Assembly (NCBI GenBank): GCA_964270895.1
Contig: OZ185441.1
Reading direction: 5' to 3' (one strand)
Source: Podarcis filfolensis
Taxonomy: Eukaryota
Length of the DNA: 64,000 bases
This document shows, in pieces, positions 1 to 12,123 of the stretch. The translations under genes were made by a program, and so were the position numbers. The stretch's first letter is position 1. Every line of letters begins with the position of its first letter. The notes below the pieces were generated by a model. It did no database searches. It was not told where the DNA came from and saw only the letters and a program-made list of their open reading frames with translations.

Positions 1-3000
1 CTTTCTCATTCTGGACAGTTTGCCCAGCTGTTAAATAATAACAGTTGCATTAAGTGAGTGAGTCAACTTAGATTTCAAAGAACTTACAAGTTTGTATGTA
101 TAGCCTTTCTGGAGACCTATGAATGTGATTAATCAAATGTTTGTAGAGTCCATTAAATAAAGCATAATACTTGGTAGAAAGTGAAATGAGCACGGTTGTA
201 CTCAGAAGTGACAGAATTTTGCAGTGCAAAATCAATGCAGAATTGTTAATTAAAACTGATGCATCTGCATATTTATTTAGTGTAAAGAATATGCTAGGTG
301 CTGTGCAGCACATAATGTGATGGCTCCTCTCTGAAGGTTTAAGAGTAGGGGAGCTAAGTTGTACTGAAGGCCAGAAAGATGAGAAGGTATTGGACAAGTT
401 GGGATTTTTTGGGTAAGCATTTTTAAGGGAACACTGAGATCCTCAAAATAGGTTAAACAAAACATTCTTATAACAAGTTATATATAATGCTTTTTCTAAA
501 TGCTCAAAGTGCTTCGCAAACTTAAGATAGGCTGCTATCATATGAATTCTGCACACAGGCATCCAAATTATTTTCATGGAAAAGATTTGTATCATATAGA
601 GCACTCCAGTAATTTACTTTATTTCACCTGGTAGATTGTGTGATTTATTCTGATTTTTCTTGTCCTGAAGAAAGACAAGGAGCTCTGCCAGGGTACTGAA
701 TTCTTGACTCCAAACACTAGAAATATTTTTGAACCGTACCTTCGCCTTCTGGGATTTTAACTCACATTAGCCACATTTTTCAAAATTTATATTTTCATCC
801 ATGAAAACTGCTTTTCATTGACAGAAAATTCCTAATTGAAGCCCTTAGTTGGCTAAAATATTTTGCAAAATTTATCAAATTTATGCAGCTGAAGTTGTTT
901 TATGTATTAGAAAGGTTCAGCTACCTATAAATCTTGTTCCATGACAAGGAAATGAACTGTTCACACTGAAGCAAGTTGCCCCCTTAGCACTCGCATGTCA
1001 TTTCTCTTGATAAGTGCCTGTGTGTCATTTCAGTTTGAGAACAGAACACCAGACAAGGCTTCCTACTCTGAACTTAAAAAGGCTCCCAAGGTAGTGGGTA
1101 AAAATCCATAAAAACGGTAATCCTGAAAAAATAAATAGATCTAATTCATCACAAAAATAATAACCTAGCAGCTTGTCCATGATCCCCTCCCAAAATAGTG
1201 TACCGTACTCATTCCCACTGTCTCCTGAAAGAGAGGCAGCGTTGCATGTGGAGAGGAAGCTTCATTCTTTAGAAGCCACTACTAGAAAAGCTTTGTTTTA
1301 ATAAATATTTTGTCTCAGTGAGGGGGTTTATTGCTTTAGTTTGTTTATGCTATATGTTTATGCTATACATTTTTGTATTTTAAACCTCCCTGTGATCTTC
1401 GGATGAAAGGCAGTATAGAAAATAAATATTTGTCCTTTGTGGCCACTGGGCCTAGTCTCTGTGAGGTAGTGCACACCATAGGGCAGCCAACAAAGTGATG
1501 TATTCTGATAAAATGGAAATGGATCTCTTGTCCATGTATATGCATAAACACTTGTAACTGCCAGGCCTTTAAGCCTCTTCAGCTCTTTGTTAAATACAAA
1601 TTTTGTAAAATTTTCTCATGATTCATGAAGTAGAGCAGAATCCACTTCTGTACTAGTGATGTTTCTCTGAAGGCCAAACTGCATGTTACATGTATTCAAG
1701 CTGGCCACTTAGCTTGAAATCAAAACAGCCTTGGGCCCCAATTTGGAACATATTCATGATTGGGATGGGAGCCCTGTTCCAGTCTCCTGTTGAAAACTTC
1801 TACCTCCCAATTGCTACTTGCTTCTAAAGATGCTGGCTACTGCAAACAGCATGTGTTGGGGGCCATAAACTGCTAGGAGGTTTTGACAGGAAACCATAAG
1901 TGCCTGTGTTCTGGATTGAAGCATCACACTGGTTGTTTTGTAAAAATGAGTGGCCACCTTAAGCACAGTTTCTAAAACCATGTGAAGAGCACAAGTGGGA
2001 TCTACAAAAAAAAGTAGTATGTAGTGCTTTTGTTCAGGATATTTTATTTCATTTACTCTGCATCCTCCTCCAAGCAGTCAGCTGGCTTTCCATGGCAACT
2101 AAGCATAGCCCTAATTGGACTTGTTTTTCTTTGGAGAGGTCATTCCCGCCTTACATTTTTGTACTTCAGTGAACCTTGGGAGTCTTCCAGGCCTGTTGAT
2201 AGCTTCCTCTTGTGCGTTGATGGTGCTATTTTGGCAACATGGGCACTGGCATTCGTGATTCAACCTAAAGGGACATTTGAAGTTCAGAGCGTTTTTAAGA
2301 GACTGCATTCAATAAGCCAGTTTTACTCAAGCAGTTTGATTCAGGTTCTGACCTCAGCTGTATATAGTATGTTAGAAATCAGCATATTTCAGTTATGATG
2401 AAGCAGTGGAATTTTAGCAATGATTATAACTGTCTTGTGCTATGCATTTAGAATTTTATGGTATAATACAAACAAATTGAACAAATTGTCCCAAAATGTT
2501 ATATTCTATTATACATTAGATTAGAAAGAAGTGATCTGGAATGCATGAGATGCTATAGACATTTTTGGAAGCTCCAAATAACATCCACAGAAGCTACATC
2601 TCTTTGTGGCCTTAAAAGGGGGGGCTGCACCCCACACTTTTGAACTGTTTCCCTGCTCATACTCCTGATGTCAATTCTTACCTCACCATAGCTGAGCAAA
2701 CAAGTGGCTTGTTTGCCAAAAGGTATCAAAGGAGGTCAGGCTTTGAACTGAGTGGTGGTGGAACCTGATGAGGATCAGCAGAACTCGTCTCAGCCGCCTC
2801 CCAGTGCCCTATTTTGTCTACAGAATTGCAGCTTCCTACCAGTATTTGAGGCATTGGACCACCACTCATGGATGTAGTTTAAAAACACTATTTAAAAAGA
2901 GACAAGTATGTCTACCAGTTAATCCCAAACCCCCAAAAACTTTTGAAGACCCCCCAGCTTGTCTGCCTGCAAATGGGGCAACAGATTTGGGATGGGGTGG

Positions 3001-4559
3001 GGGAGCCTTTTGGTTCCACATTAGGTTGTTAGAGATGCATGCAGATATTGTGTGCTTGGTGGAGGAGGCTGAGCAACCTAGTGTTAGGCATATTGGGCAA
3101 ATATCTCTTGACTACAAGTACAACAGTGTAAATCTTTTTTCACACATACACACACATTGTCTGTTGCCTCCCAAGTGCAGTTTATTTTTCCCCATAGGAA
3201 TAAATTGCAACAATTCGCTTAAATGGCAGAAATCAAATATTTGCATTTGAACACTGTGGGAGGTGGTTGGAGGCTAAATCTTTGCCCTGCCCCTTCTGAT
3301 TCCAGTGCTGGGGTGAGAAACAGCTATGTTGGAGTTCATCTTGTTTATTCTGTGGAAAACAATGGGAGCAACTTAAAACCAAACCATTCTTTTGGGTCTG
3401 GAAGGCAGGTGCATTTCTGGAAAATGTTACTGTAAATTAGTATTTTGAGATAAAAGACAGGAAACAATGTTTTTAGCATGACCTGGGTATACTGAAGCAA
3501 AAAACGTTAGTTCCCCAAGCTCAATTGTGAGTGTTTGACCTTCTAACTTAAGAGGGGAAATGCTAAGAAAAGCACCATTTTGAATTTTGTACTTCTCCCT
3601 ATGTGCAAATGCTTTTTGAATATTGCTTCAAATTTGTTAAAGTAATTGCTTGACTACCACAATATGACTGGAAAACAATTTTTGACTGGAAAACAATTAC
3701 ACAGTTCAAAGTTCAATGTGACTCCAGGCAGTGAGCTTTATTGTTTATTATAAATAAGCAGTATTTATAATAGTTATAGAACATTGGGCATTATAGAACA
3801 TTTAAGAAAATAGAATGCCACAAAACAAGTGCAATATATGAACAAGACTAAAACCCAACATTCGCAGAAGACTGAGAAACAATTCCATTAAGGATGGTGG
3901 TAATACACTACCATTCAAGACGAAATCTCATGTGTTGCTAAAAGATAAAGGCAGATTACTTTATGCTGCTTTCACTGATGTGCACATCCTAAGAAGCACA
4001 TAGGTTATGGCTATAGACACGGGTGGATAAATACTACAAGCTGCACATCTTGACTACAATGGTAGTCAGCCTGTAGTGGTTGACTTTATGGCAGCTGAAC
4101 TAAATATTATTTAGTGTCTTAAGGACACAACTGAGGCATAACAAGACTCAGAAAGCAGACCTTATGACATGATGACATAATGAATTGTGTCTAGATGAAG
4201 AAAGTCAAGTATTCCAGCTGAATGATGATTGGGAGTGCTGGCTAAGGAGTTTTCCACTGTCATTCTGAATAACTGCAGTAGAAGGGCAGCACAAAGGGAA
4301 AGCCCCTATCTTAGCTTCAGAACGTTTTCCATTTCTTTCTACTTCTTGCAAAATGCCCCCAAGACGATGAATTTCAGCAAATTTAAGCATACATCTGTGA
4401 TACATCTAGTACTTGAAAACCAGGAGACTGACAAAACTATAACTATTCCCCAGTATGCACTGGAGTAGGATAACATCTATTTGCCTTTAATTTATATAGC
4501 TCTAAAGCACTATAGTATTATGACAATGCCAGCTTATACAGGATTATTTGTAAGGACAG

Positions 4560-5210
4560 AGGATGCAATAAAGTGCACAGAGAGCAGCTGCTGTATGTCC
4601 TTGAGACTTCTACAAGGTGATTAGGTTGTTCTTGAAGGATGACACTTAAGCCAAATGTTCAGTACTAAGTGTGCTGCACAGGATCTTGTGTATGGAATTT
4701 TCAAGGTGAAGAAATTAAGAACAGAAGACATTGGACTGGGTTGCACTGTGCACCAAACCACATGAACAAACGGTATGCTGTGCTTAGCCCACAAAGAAGC
4801 CACTAACTCTGCTCTGAACAGGCATTCCAAAAGGCTGAATTTTGTAGCTTTGAATAAGGCTGATCTTGCCATGTTTTTGCCCAGGGAGCTGTTTTTAGTA
4901 CTCTGTGCAGTAAGGAAATCGTTGCTGGAAGACGTTCATATGCAGTAGAAAGTCATCAAATAAGACAAAATGATGTAATTCTTATGTCAATACATGAAGC
5001 AGACATAAGGTTGCTTCTACATGTTATACAGAAAGTTCTGTAGAATTATATATGCAAAAGACTGAGATTTTCAGAGCTTGTTTCATTTTTACAAAATGTT
5101 GTAGAAGTACTAGATGATGTGGGTGACATCACAGAAAATGCATTGTATACCCATCAATGAAGTATTCAACAAGCAACTGAATGATTCAGCAACAGAATAT
5201 CTACCCTTTC
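4560..5210 (+). mobile_element. Decayed DNA-transposon coding fossil, XPG/FEN1-like nuclease region (Academ-like)
   Basis: Collinear frameshifted peptides NKADLAMFLPREL (4853-4891), KEIVAG (4912-4929), SIHEADIRLLLHV (4987-5025) and *MMWVTSQKMHCIPINEVFNKQLNDSATEYLPF (5111-5209). They match the motif order I recall for XPG-like transposon proteins (NKADLA.FL, HEEADTRL.LH, LWM..GT....YIPI). Not database-verified. Confidence 0.6.
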
Positions 5211-8200
5211 TGTCCCATTCTACCATGATTGATTTGTGGCTCAGATTTCTATTTTACCAGCCAAGTCAGGGAACTGCCTAGCAGGTGAGGGATTTTGAGG
5301 CCTTGTGTTATCAGACAGGCAAGCACTACACCTTCATTCTAAATGGCTTCTTAGATACTGAGTCACCTCAAGTCCTGAGGGTGATATTGAAGAATCTGGA
5401 GCTGGTGGGCAAGATGTGTTGGGGCATATTGGGTCCTCTGAATCTGCAGCCTCATGCAAGATGTCTTTGAGTGTGGTAGTCTTGGGAAGGTTCTTCTGTA
5501 TATACTGATTCCCTTTGAACCATATATATACTGGAGCCAGCAATAAAGTTGTCGGCTTCCTTCAAGGGCCTCATCCAGTTCTGACTAGTCCTGATAGGAA
5601 GGTGGTAGGGCATCATACCTTTTATGTATTTACTGAGTGGGACACTTCACCTTCACAGCAAATTCAGCATTTGAAAGCCTATTGAGAGAACCGTCACCTA
5701 ATTAATAATTTGGAGAAGGCAAGCTCACAGATAAAACCATCATATCCACTAAGAAGTTTTTGTGAAGAATATACAATGTGAAGGCAACTGACTCTGATGT
5801 AGCACAGCATGTCTTGAGAACACAAAATTGGAAATGTTGCCACCAAGAAGTGACATTCTTCATTTTCACTCAGTGTGCAGTATTGAGTCATCTGGAGAAA
5901 TTCTCTTTTTGCCATTGTAGAGCTCCCAGTGCCAGCAAATACTGGTTGGAAGTGCTCTTAATCAGTTATTCTGGTTGTTCAGATGTCAGATGTCCAGCTG
6001 TTTGTTTGGAACTAATCTGTTGTTTATGCCAAACAAAGTGTGTACCTTTGAGATGCAAATATAGCAAATCTACATTCATGTCAGTTCAACAGATACTTTG
6101 GCCTGGTTCACATGTATTGACAAACCATAGTCCAAAACTATGGTTTACCTTGAACAAGCTGGTGCACACTGGCTTAGCATTATGTGTGAATCTGTGCTTG
6201 TGGTTTGTTTCTCTCTGGACAAACTGCAAGTGGATGCAAAGGTTTTTTCCTGGCTTACCACTCATGATTTGATTGGGAGAAACGAATCATGAGCGCTGAT
6301 TTGTATATGACACTAAGGCAGCTGCTCCAATAGTTTGTTTTCCAGCTCTAGAAAGGAGCAAACAAAGCAGGCATAACAGAGCAGCACACACGCACAAGCT
6401 GCTCATTTGAGCTAAGCCATTGTTTGTTTCTGATCATGCTTTATTGTTAAATATGATTGAGGCCACTGACTACTAGAGTACATTCGTGGATGTCCAACTT
6501 GAAATGCCTGTAAGCATAAAGACTGTCAAAAGATTAACAATGCAATTCCTTTTCTTAGTTGGTACCAGTATCATTTACAAATTTTACTTTTGTGTTAATT
6601 TCAACTTTTTTGTTATATACTGCTTTCATTTTTTTATTTTTTTCAGTTGAGCTAAAACTATGGACAGTGTTGCATGGAATTTACAAAAATCACATTTTTT
6701 AAAAAAATTAGAAGGTCAAGAACTCAATTCAGCTTGGAAGCCATCATTTTCATAACCATTAGCCAAAATGTGTTATGTAATATAGTTTCCCAGCTTTTAC
6801 CCCTTTTTCCAAGCCTCTTTTCCAGAAATCCATCTAGACTATTTACTTACACAAGAGAAAATAAAGGGATTTTGCCAGGGGATTGGGGGGAAGAGGCTGT
6901 TTTTGTCTTTTTAAGTTGCTCAGAACTGCATGTTTGGGTACTGCTTGATTCATTCACCTAAAGCTTTGTGGAGATGTGAAGTGTTTTTGTTAGCTTTACT
7001 AGCACAAAAGCTGTGGCCCTTCCATTTAGTTCTGATTTAAACCTTTGTGTAGCTACTCAGAAATTTCAATATGCCATAAGACTTGAAGTAAAAAATGACC
7101 ATTGCGGAGGGAGGAATTAGTCAATGGGTGCCTACTATATCAGGGCTGCAGTTAAGCTTCTCAGTGTCTTCTACCTTCAATTGGAGATGGTTTCAACTTT
7201 TATAAAGTCTTAAAATTGCTTCAGCCTCAAATGGCTTCCTCTCAGATGTTTCATTGTAATTGCCTCAATCTGTCAAAAAAAAAACCCTCCAAAATATTTT
7301 GTCTAGACACCACATTAGGCCAGCAAGCTCATTCTCATTGACTGTACACTTACAGAAATTCCTCCTTGTGATTTACCCAGACACAACCCTCTCTTTAGAA
7401 GTCCTACAGGGTTAATTGGGGTGGGCTTTGAGTTGAAGATTACAACTTTAATTTTATGAAGTTCTGGCATATTTTTTATGTTTTTGATTTCATGATATAC
7501 CTGCTCCAAGCCCTAGAGATAGGATGGGATGGAAATTAAAATCTATGAAATTTTTGGGCAGCTAGTGTACCGTAATTCTTTCTGAAAAAAGCCATGCCAA
7601 TTTTCCTTCTGATTACAAATTAAGACATGACTTTGACAACCTTTATCTTATGGATCATAGACACCATTTTCTTCTAGAACTTAAATACTTGAAGGCATAT
7701 TAATAAGTTCTAGTTTTGGATTCCTGGGCCTTCAAGTTCCATGAACAACTTAAGGGACTTGAGAATTGAGCTGAATTTCCATGTTTTTATTGTTGCGAAT
7801 TATATTGCCTGGAGAGTAAGGTGATGGGTGATGCTAAGCCTCGTTTATCCTGATAGCTATGAGTTGTACTGACTGCTGAAGTACATTAGCATATTTTTTT
7901 TTATAAAAAAAATAACATATTTACCTTAATATATAGATATATTCAGCTATAGTGCAATTTATCATACTCTCAGTCTGAGTTCATGGGTAAAAGCTCATTA
8001 AATTTTGGACAGGGGAATACCAAAAACATATTTTCCTTTCTGCAAAGTTATTGGCAATTTAGAGACATCGAGCAGCTGGCTTGGGGTTCTGTGTTGGGGT
8101 TTAGTTTAGTTTAGTTTAGGTCTTTCCCACTACGGACACTCTGCTTAAATGCATTTCAAACCGAAATGTTCAAAAATCCATTTGGTCTAGTCTACAGGAT

Positions 8201-8879
8201 TCATGCTTTCTGTCAGTTTCAGTGTATACTTGCAGTATACAAGTGAGCTGTGTGACCAAATGAGTGGCTTCTTTACTCATGCATTAACAGCTTAGTTGGC
8301 AGAAGGCACCAACTAAGCACATGAAGAAGCAATGGTTAAGCCGTTATCACGACAGTTTCAGACATGACTCTTGCCCTTGCAGGAGTTACAAAGGGGTTAC
8401 GTTCGGAGGATCATGCCTAAAGCCAAAACCATGTGTAGTCAAAACACATTGGTTTCAATGGCGGATGGGATTGCAAAAGTCATTTTTCCTGGAACCCTGC
8501 TTCCCCTCACTTTCTTTTTGGCCACACGTGTAAAACTGAATGCACGTAAATTATGGGCTTACTGTACTTGCACTAGAAAGGTTATACTTGTTGTTATTGG
8601 TTTCATAGATTAATAAATTGTGTCACAGCCAGGAGATATCAAAGCAGTGTGCAATTAAGAGTAAACAATAGATTCAACCCTGCATCTAAAAGTTTTATAT
8701 AACAGTAATTGTGGGAGTGGAGTGACTTCTCCAAAACAAAATGATGAATGGTGCCCTATAGCATATTAGTAGCCAGTGTAGCACTCTCACCAGAAGTGGT
8801 ATATGGGGTTGATGGGATACTACAGTTAACAGTCTAGCTGCTGCATTCTACACCTTTCTGGCTAAGGTCAAGGGAAAGC

Positions 8880-9270
8880 CCCACATAGAAGGCATGTAGG
8901 TCATCCAGTCCTGAGGTTTCCAATGCCTGGACTACTGTGGCCAAGCTATCTTATTCCAGAAACTGCTATAATTGTCTTACGAAACAAAGCTGGTAAAAAG
9001 TACCTGCAGCTTCAGATGGAGTGTAAGTCTGTCCAGAACAGGTAACTGATGTATCTCCCAGACCTGGCAACCACTTTTCCACAGGGCCTCCTTTTTGCCA
9101 GGGCTTAAATTCAGTTTATTGGCCCTTATCCATCCCACTACTGTGCCCAGACACTGGTCCAAAGCCCACATAGCCAATTATAATTCAGATGTTGCAGAGA
9201 AGAGTTGACACTGCTCCAAAGCCCATAACAACCATTTCCAGCTGCTCTATGTAGATGTTAAATATTGTTA
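8880..9270 (-). mobile_element. L2 LINE ORF2 remnant
   Basis: ORF 8977-9177 contains DQCLGTVVGWIRANKLNLSPGKKEALW, the post-RT motif of L2-clade elements. Confidence 0.7.
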
Positions 9271-11373
9271 GGGATAAAAAAAAGTGCCCTGTGGCACCTG
9301 ATAACACAAATGCCAAGGCCCAAGAGACCTACTTTTTGCCAACTTGTGAATAATGGTGATATTACCTTCCTCTGAGGTGGCCAAAAACATATTTCACCTT
9401 AGCCATTCAGATATTTCAGGGCACATGTTTTCTCTGACACAAGTTTTGATGCTCCTTTAGAAAACAATTATACATGAAGCTTCCTCCAGCATTGCTCTTC
9501 TGCCTCGGCTTATACCAGGTGTGATCAACATGGTGCCCTCCAGATGTTGCTGTACTACAACTTCCATCTGTTTTCTGTGATGAGCACAGTATCTTGTCTC
9601 TCTGGTTTTCTCCTCCTGGACTTCCTGATAACTTAAATTCCTTACTAGGCTAACCTTGTGAGAATCAATGTACCTATACCCTATAGCTTGTTGTTAGATT
9701 ATATTTTTGGTATATGGTATCAATATAATATTTTTGGAGTAGTTTTGAAATATTCAAAATGTTTATTTGTATTGGATCCCAGTAGAATAATAATACTGTC
9801 AAAAATATGTGATGGGAGAGGGTAAAGGGGGAGAGTTGACATATACAAATCCCATCCTAAAGTCAAATCAGCACAGTCTTTGGTCTATGTTTTGAGCTGT
9901 GACCAAACTTGGTTCACTTTAATATTATTCTTAGAGTAATACAGATGAATTTAGGTTTTTTCTTCAAATAAAAAGTGGCATATGTTAATGTAAAAAGATT
10001 CATAATGAAGGTGAATGGTGACCAAATGCTTCTCTCTTCAGATGACTGATAGAATTAACAGTCCTGATGGGTTGAGAAAATAAAAACATAACAGTGGTCC
10101 AGTTAATTACTTGGTGTGCTGGCAGCTTTAAAGTTGGCTTAATATGTGACTTTCATACTGCAGGCGGAGTCAGTTACCTTAATCTATATCACACTGGTCC
10201 TATTAAGGCAATATAATTTAATTGTGCCTATAGGTTTGCAAGGTTTTATGCCTCAGCACAACTCAAAGATAGGAAAGCTCAATTAATCTTGCATCAAGAC
10301 AGCTCTAACTTTTTAAAGCATATTTTAAGAACTTGACATTGAATATATATATAACTATAGAGCCCCAAACCCACACATTAGTTCATTTTTAGCTAAATTT
10401 GTTGTAGTATAAGAGTTGCTGTGAGCATCATAAAATCTGAGTCAAAACACAGTGTTAAAAGCCGGTAGTAGTAATGCTCTGTCTTGTCAAATAAACTTGT
10501 TTGAGATTATTAGAACAGCTTGAGTGTTGCCATGTAATTTTGAAACTTCAGGGTACATAAAGGCCATCTTGAAATTGCATATTCACCCCATTAAATGTTG
10601 TATCTTTTAGTAGTTTCTTTTCTTTTTCTCCCTCTCCCTCACGCACAAACTAATTTTTTTGGGGGGGGGGGTTAAAAATTAATGCATTAATGTAACATTG
10701 ACTTTTGACATCTGCACAGCAAAGCTCTGAGCAAAGGATGACTTGAATTTGTAGAGGTACTGATACAGGATAGCTATTTCTTGCTAGATGCCTTTTGTGA
10801 TGCGTTTAAACCTTTGAACTGAACTGTTCAGAGAAACAGGGCTTTCTGCAGCAAATGCTCATTTGCTTTTAATAAATGTTCAAGATTTTTGCATTGGTCC
10901 TTGTACTGAGGAATATAGCTGTTTGCAATTTTTACAGTATGTTCTTAAAGCACAACTCCCAGAGATAGGTAGAGCGGCGTATGTGTTGGATGTTGTGTGT
11001 GTTCTGCAAGTTAAGTCTCTAGTGTTGCAGCGTATTTATAGGATTTTGCTGCTTTTGTCTGTCTGAACGTTAGTAGTCAAGACATTGGTAAATATTCTGT
11101 ATTTTTTTTGCAGTATAATTTTATTTATTTGATAAACAATATTTAAGGGGACACATTTGTATTTTAATATTAACATAGTTTTTTTACAACTGGAAGCTAG
11201 GGTCCATTTTAAAATTACAATTCTGTCTTGTGCTGTCTGTCCTGATATGAGGTGTAGACTTTAATCTATTTTATGCTAATGTGGTTAGTTATAAAGTTTT
11301 GGGTGGGAAAAGCGTGGGGAGGTATGGGTTAACCTCAGCATGGCATTTTTTCAAACATTTTTCGTGTGCTTAG

Positions 11374-12123
11374 GTACATCCAAGCAGAAGTCAACTTCCC
11401 TTCAGGTAGCAGATCAGGAGCTACTGTCACCTTTTCACCCATACCAGCCTTTGGAATGTATAGTGGAAGAAACTGAAGGCAAGCTGAATGAACTTGGACA
11501 GAGAATTAGCGCTATTGAAAAAGCACAGCTTAAATCATTGGAGTTAATTCAAGGTGAACCTTTGAATAAAGATAAGATTGAAGAGCTCAAAAAGAACAGA
11601 GAAGAACAAGTGCAGAAGAAGAAGAAAATACTGAAGGAGCTGCAAAAGGTGGAAAGGCAATTACAGATGAAAACACAACAGCAATTTACCAAAGAATATT
11701 TGGAGACCAAAGGTCAGACAGAGTCACCCCTTACCCATCAGCAGCAGTGCCCACACACAGGTGTCCTCCCAGAAGTGGAAGGCAATGAGGGTCTGCCTGG
11801 GGATAGCTTTTCAGAGTTATGGCAGGTTGACAGAATCCTGGCAGGTAAAGATGAGCAGCAGCACTCTCCACCATCTGCTAAGCAAACCGGGTTTGTCCCT
11901 CTCCAACCTTTGTCAACGCCACAGTGTAATTTTTCAAGTAACCTAGGCTGTAATGGGACAGATTCTTTTGAACTTCAGAAAGTATTAGGTAATCAGCAAA
12001 ATGTAGGACAACAGCAGCCAATTGCAGGACATGGTCAGGGGCTGTTAGTTCAAGAACCAGACGGATTAATGGTTGCCACTCCAGCACAGACGCTAACCGA
12101 CACTCTTGATGACCTGCTAGCAG
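11374..12123 (+). CDS. ANKHD1: ANKHD1 coiled-coil exon (first exon in window; about exon 15 by human numbering)
   Basis: tag|GT ACA TCC ... GCA G|gtgggt; 750 nt, phase 1-1. Peptide GTSKQKS...LECIVEETEGKLNELGQRISAIEKAQLKSLELIQGEPLNKDKIEELKK...VATPAQTLTDTLDDLLA matches vertebrate ANKHD1. Confidence 0.96.

Noticed and set aside
1034-1090. 57-nt AG/GT-bounded open segment (FENRTPDKASYSELKKAPK)
   Set aside because: It is phase 0-0, whereas this intron is phase 1 (which gives an immediate TGA). The donor is weak and there is no similarity to ANKHD1.
4168-4225. ATGATGA...CTGA resembling C/D-box snoRNA boxes
   Set aside because: Too short (about 55 nt), no terminal stem, and no recognisable rRNA or snRNA guide.
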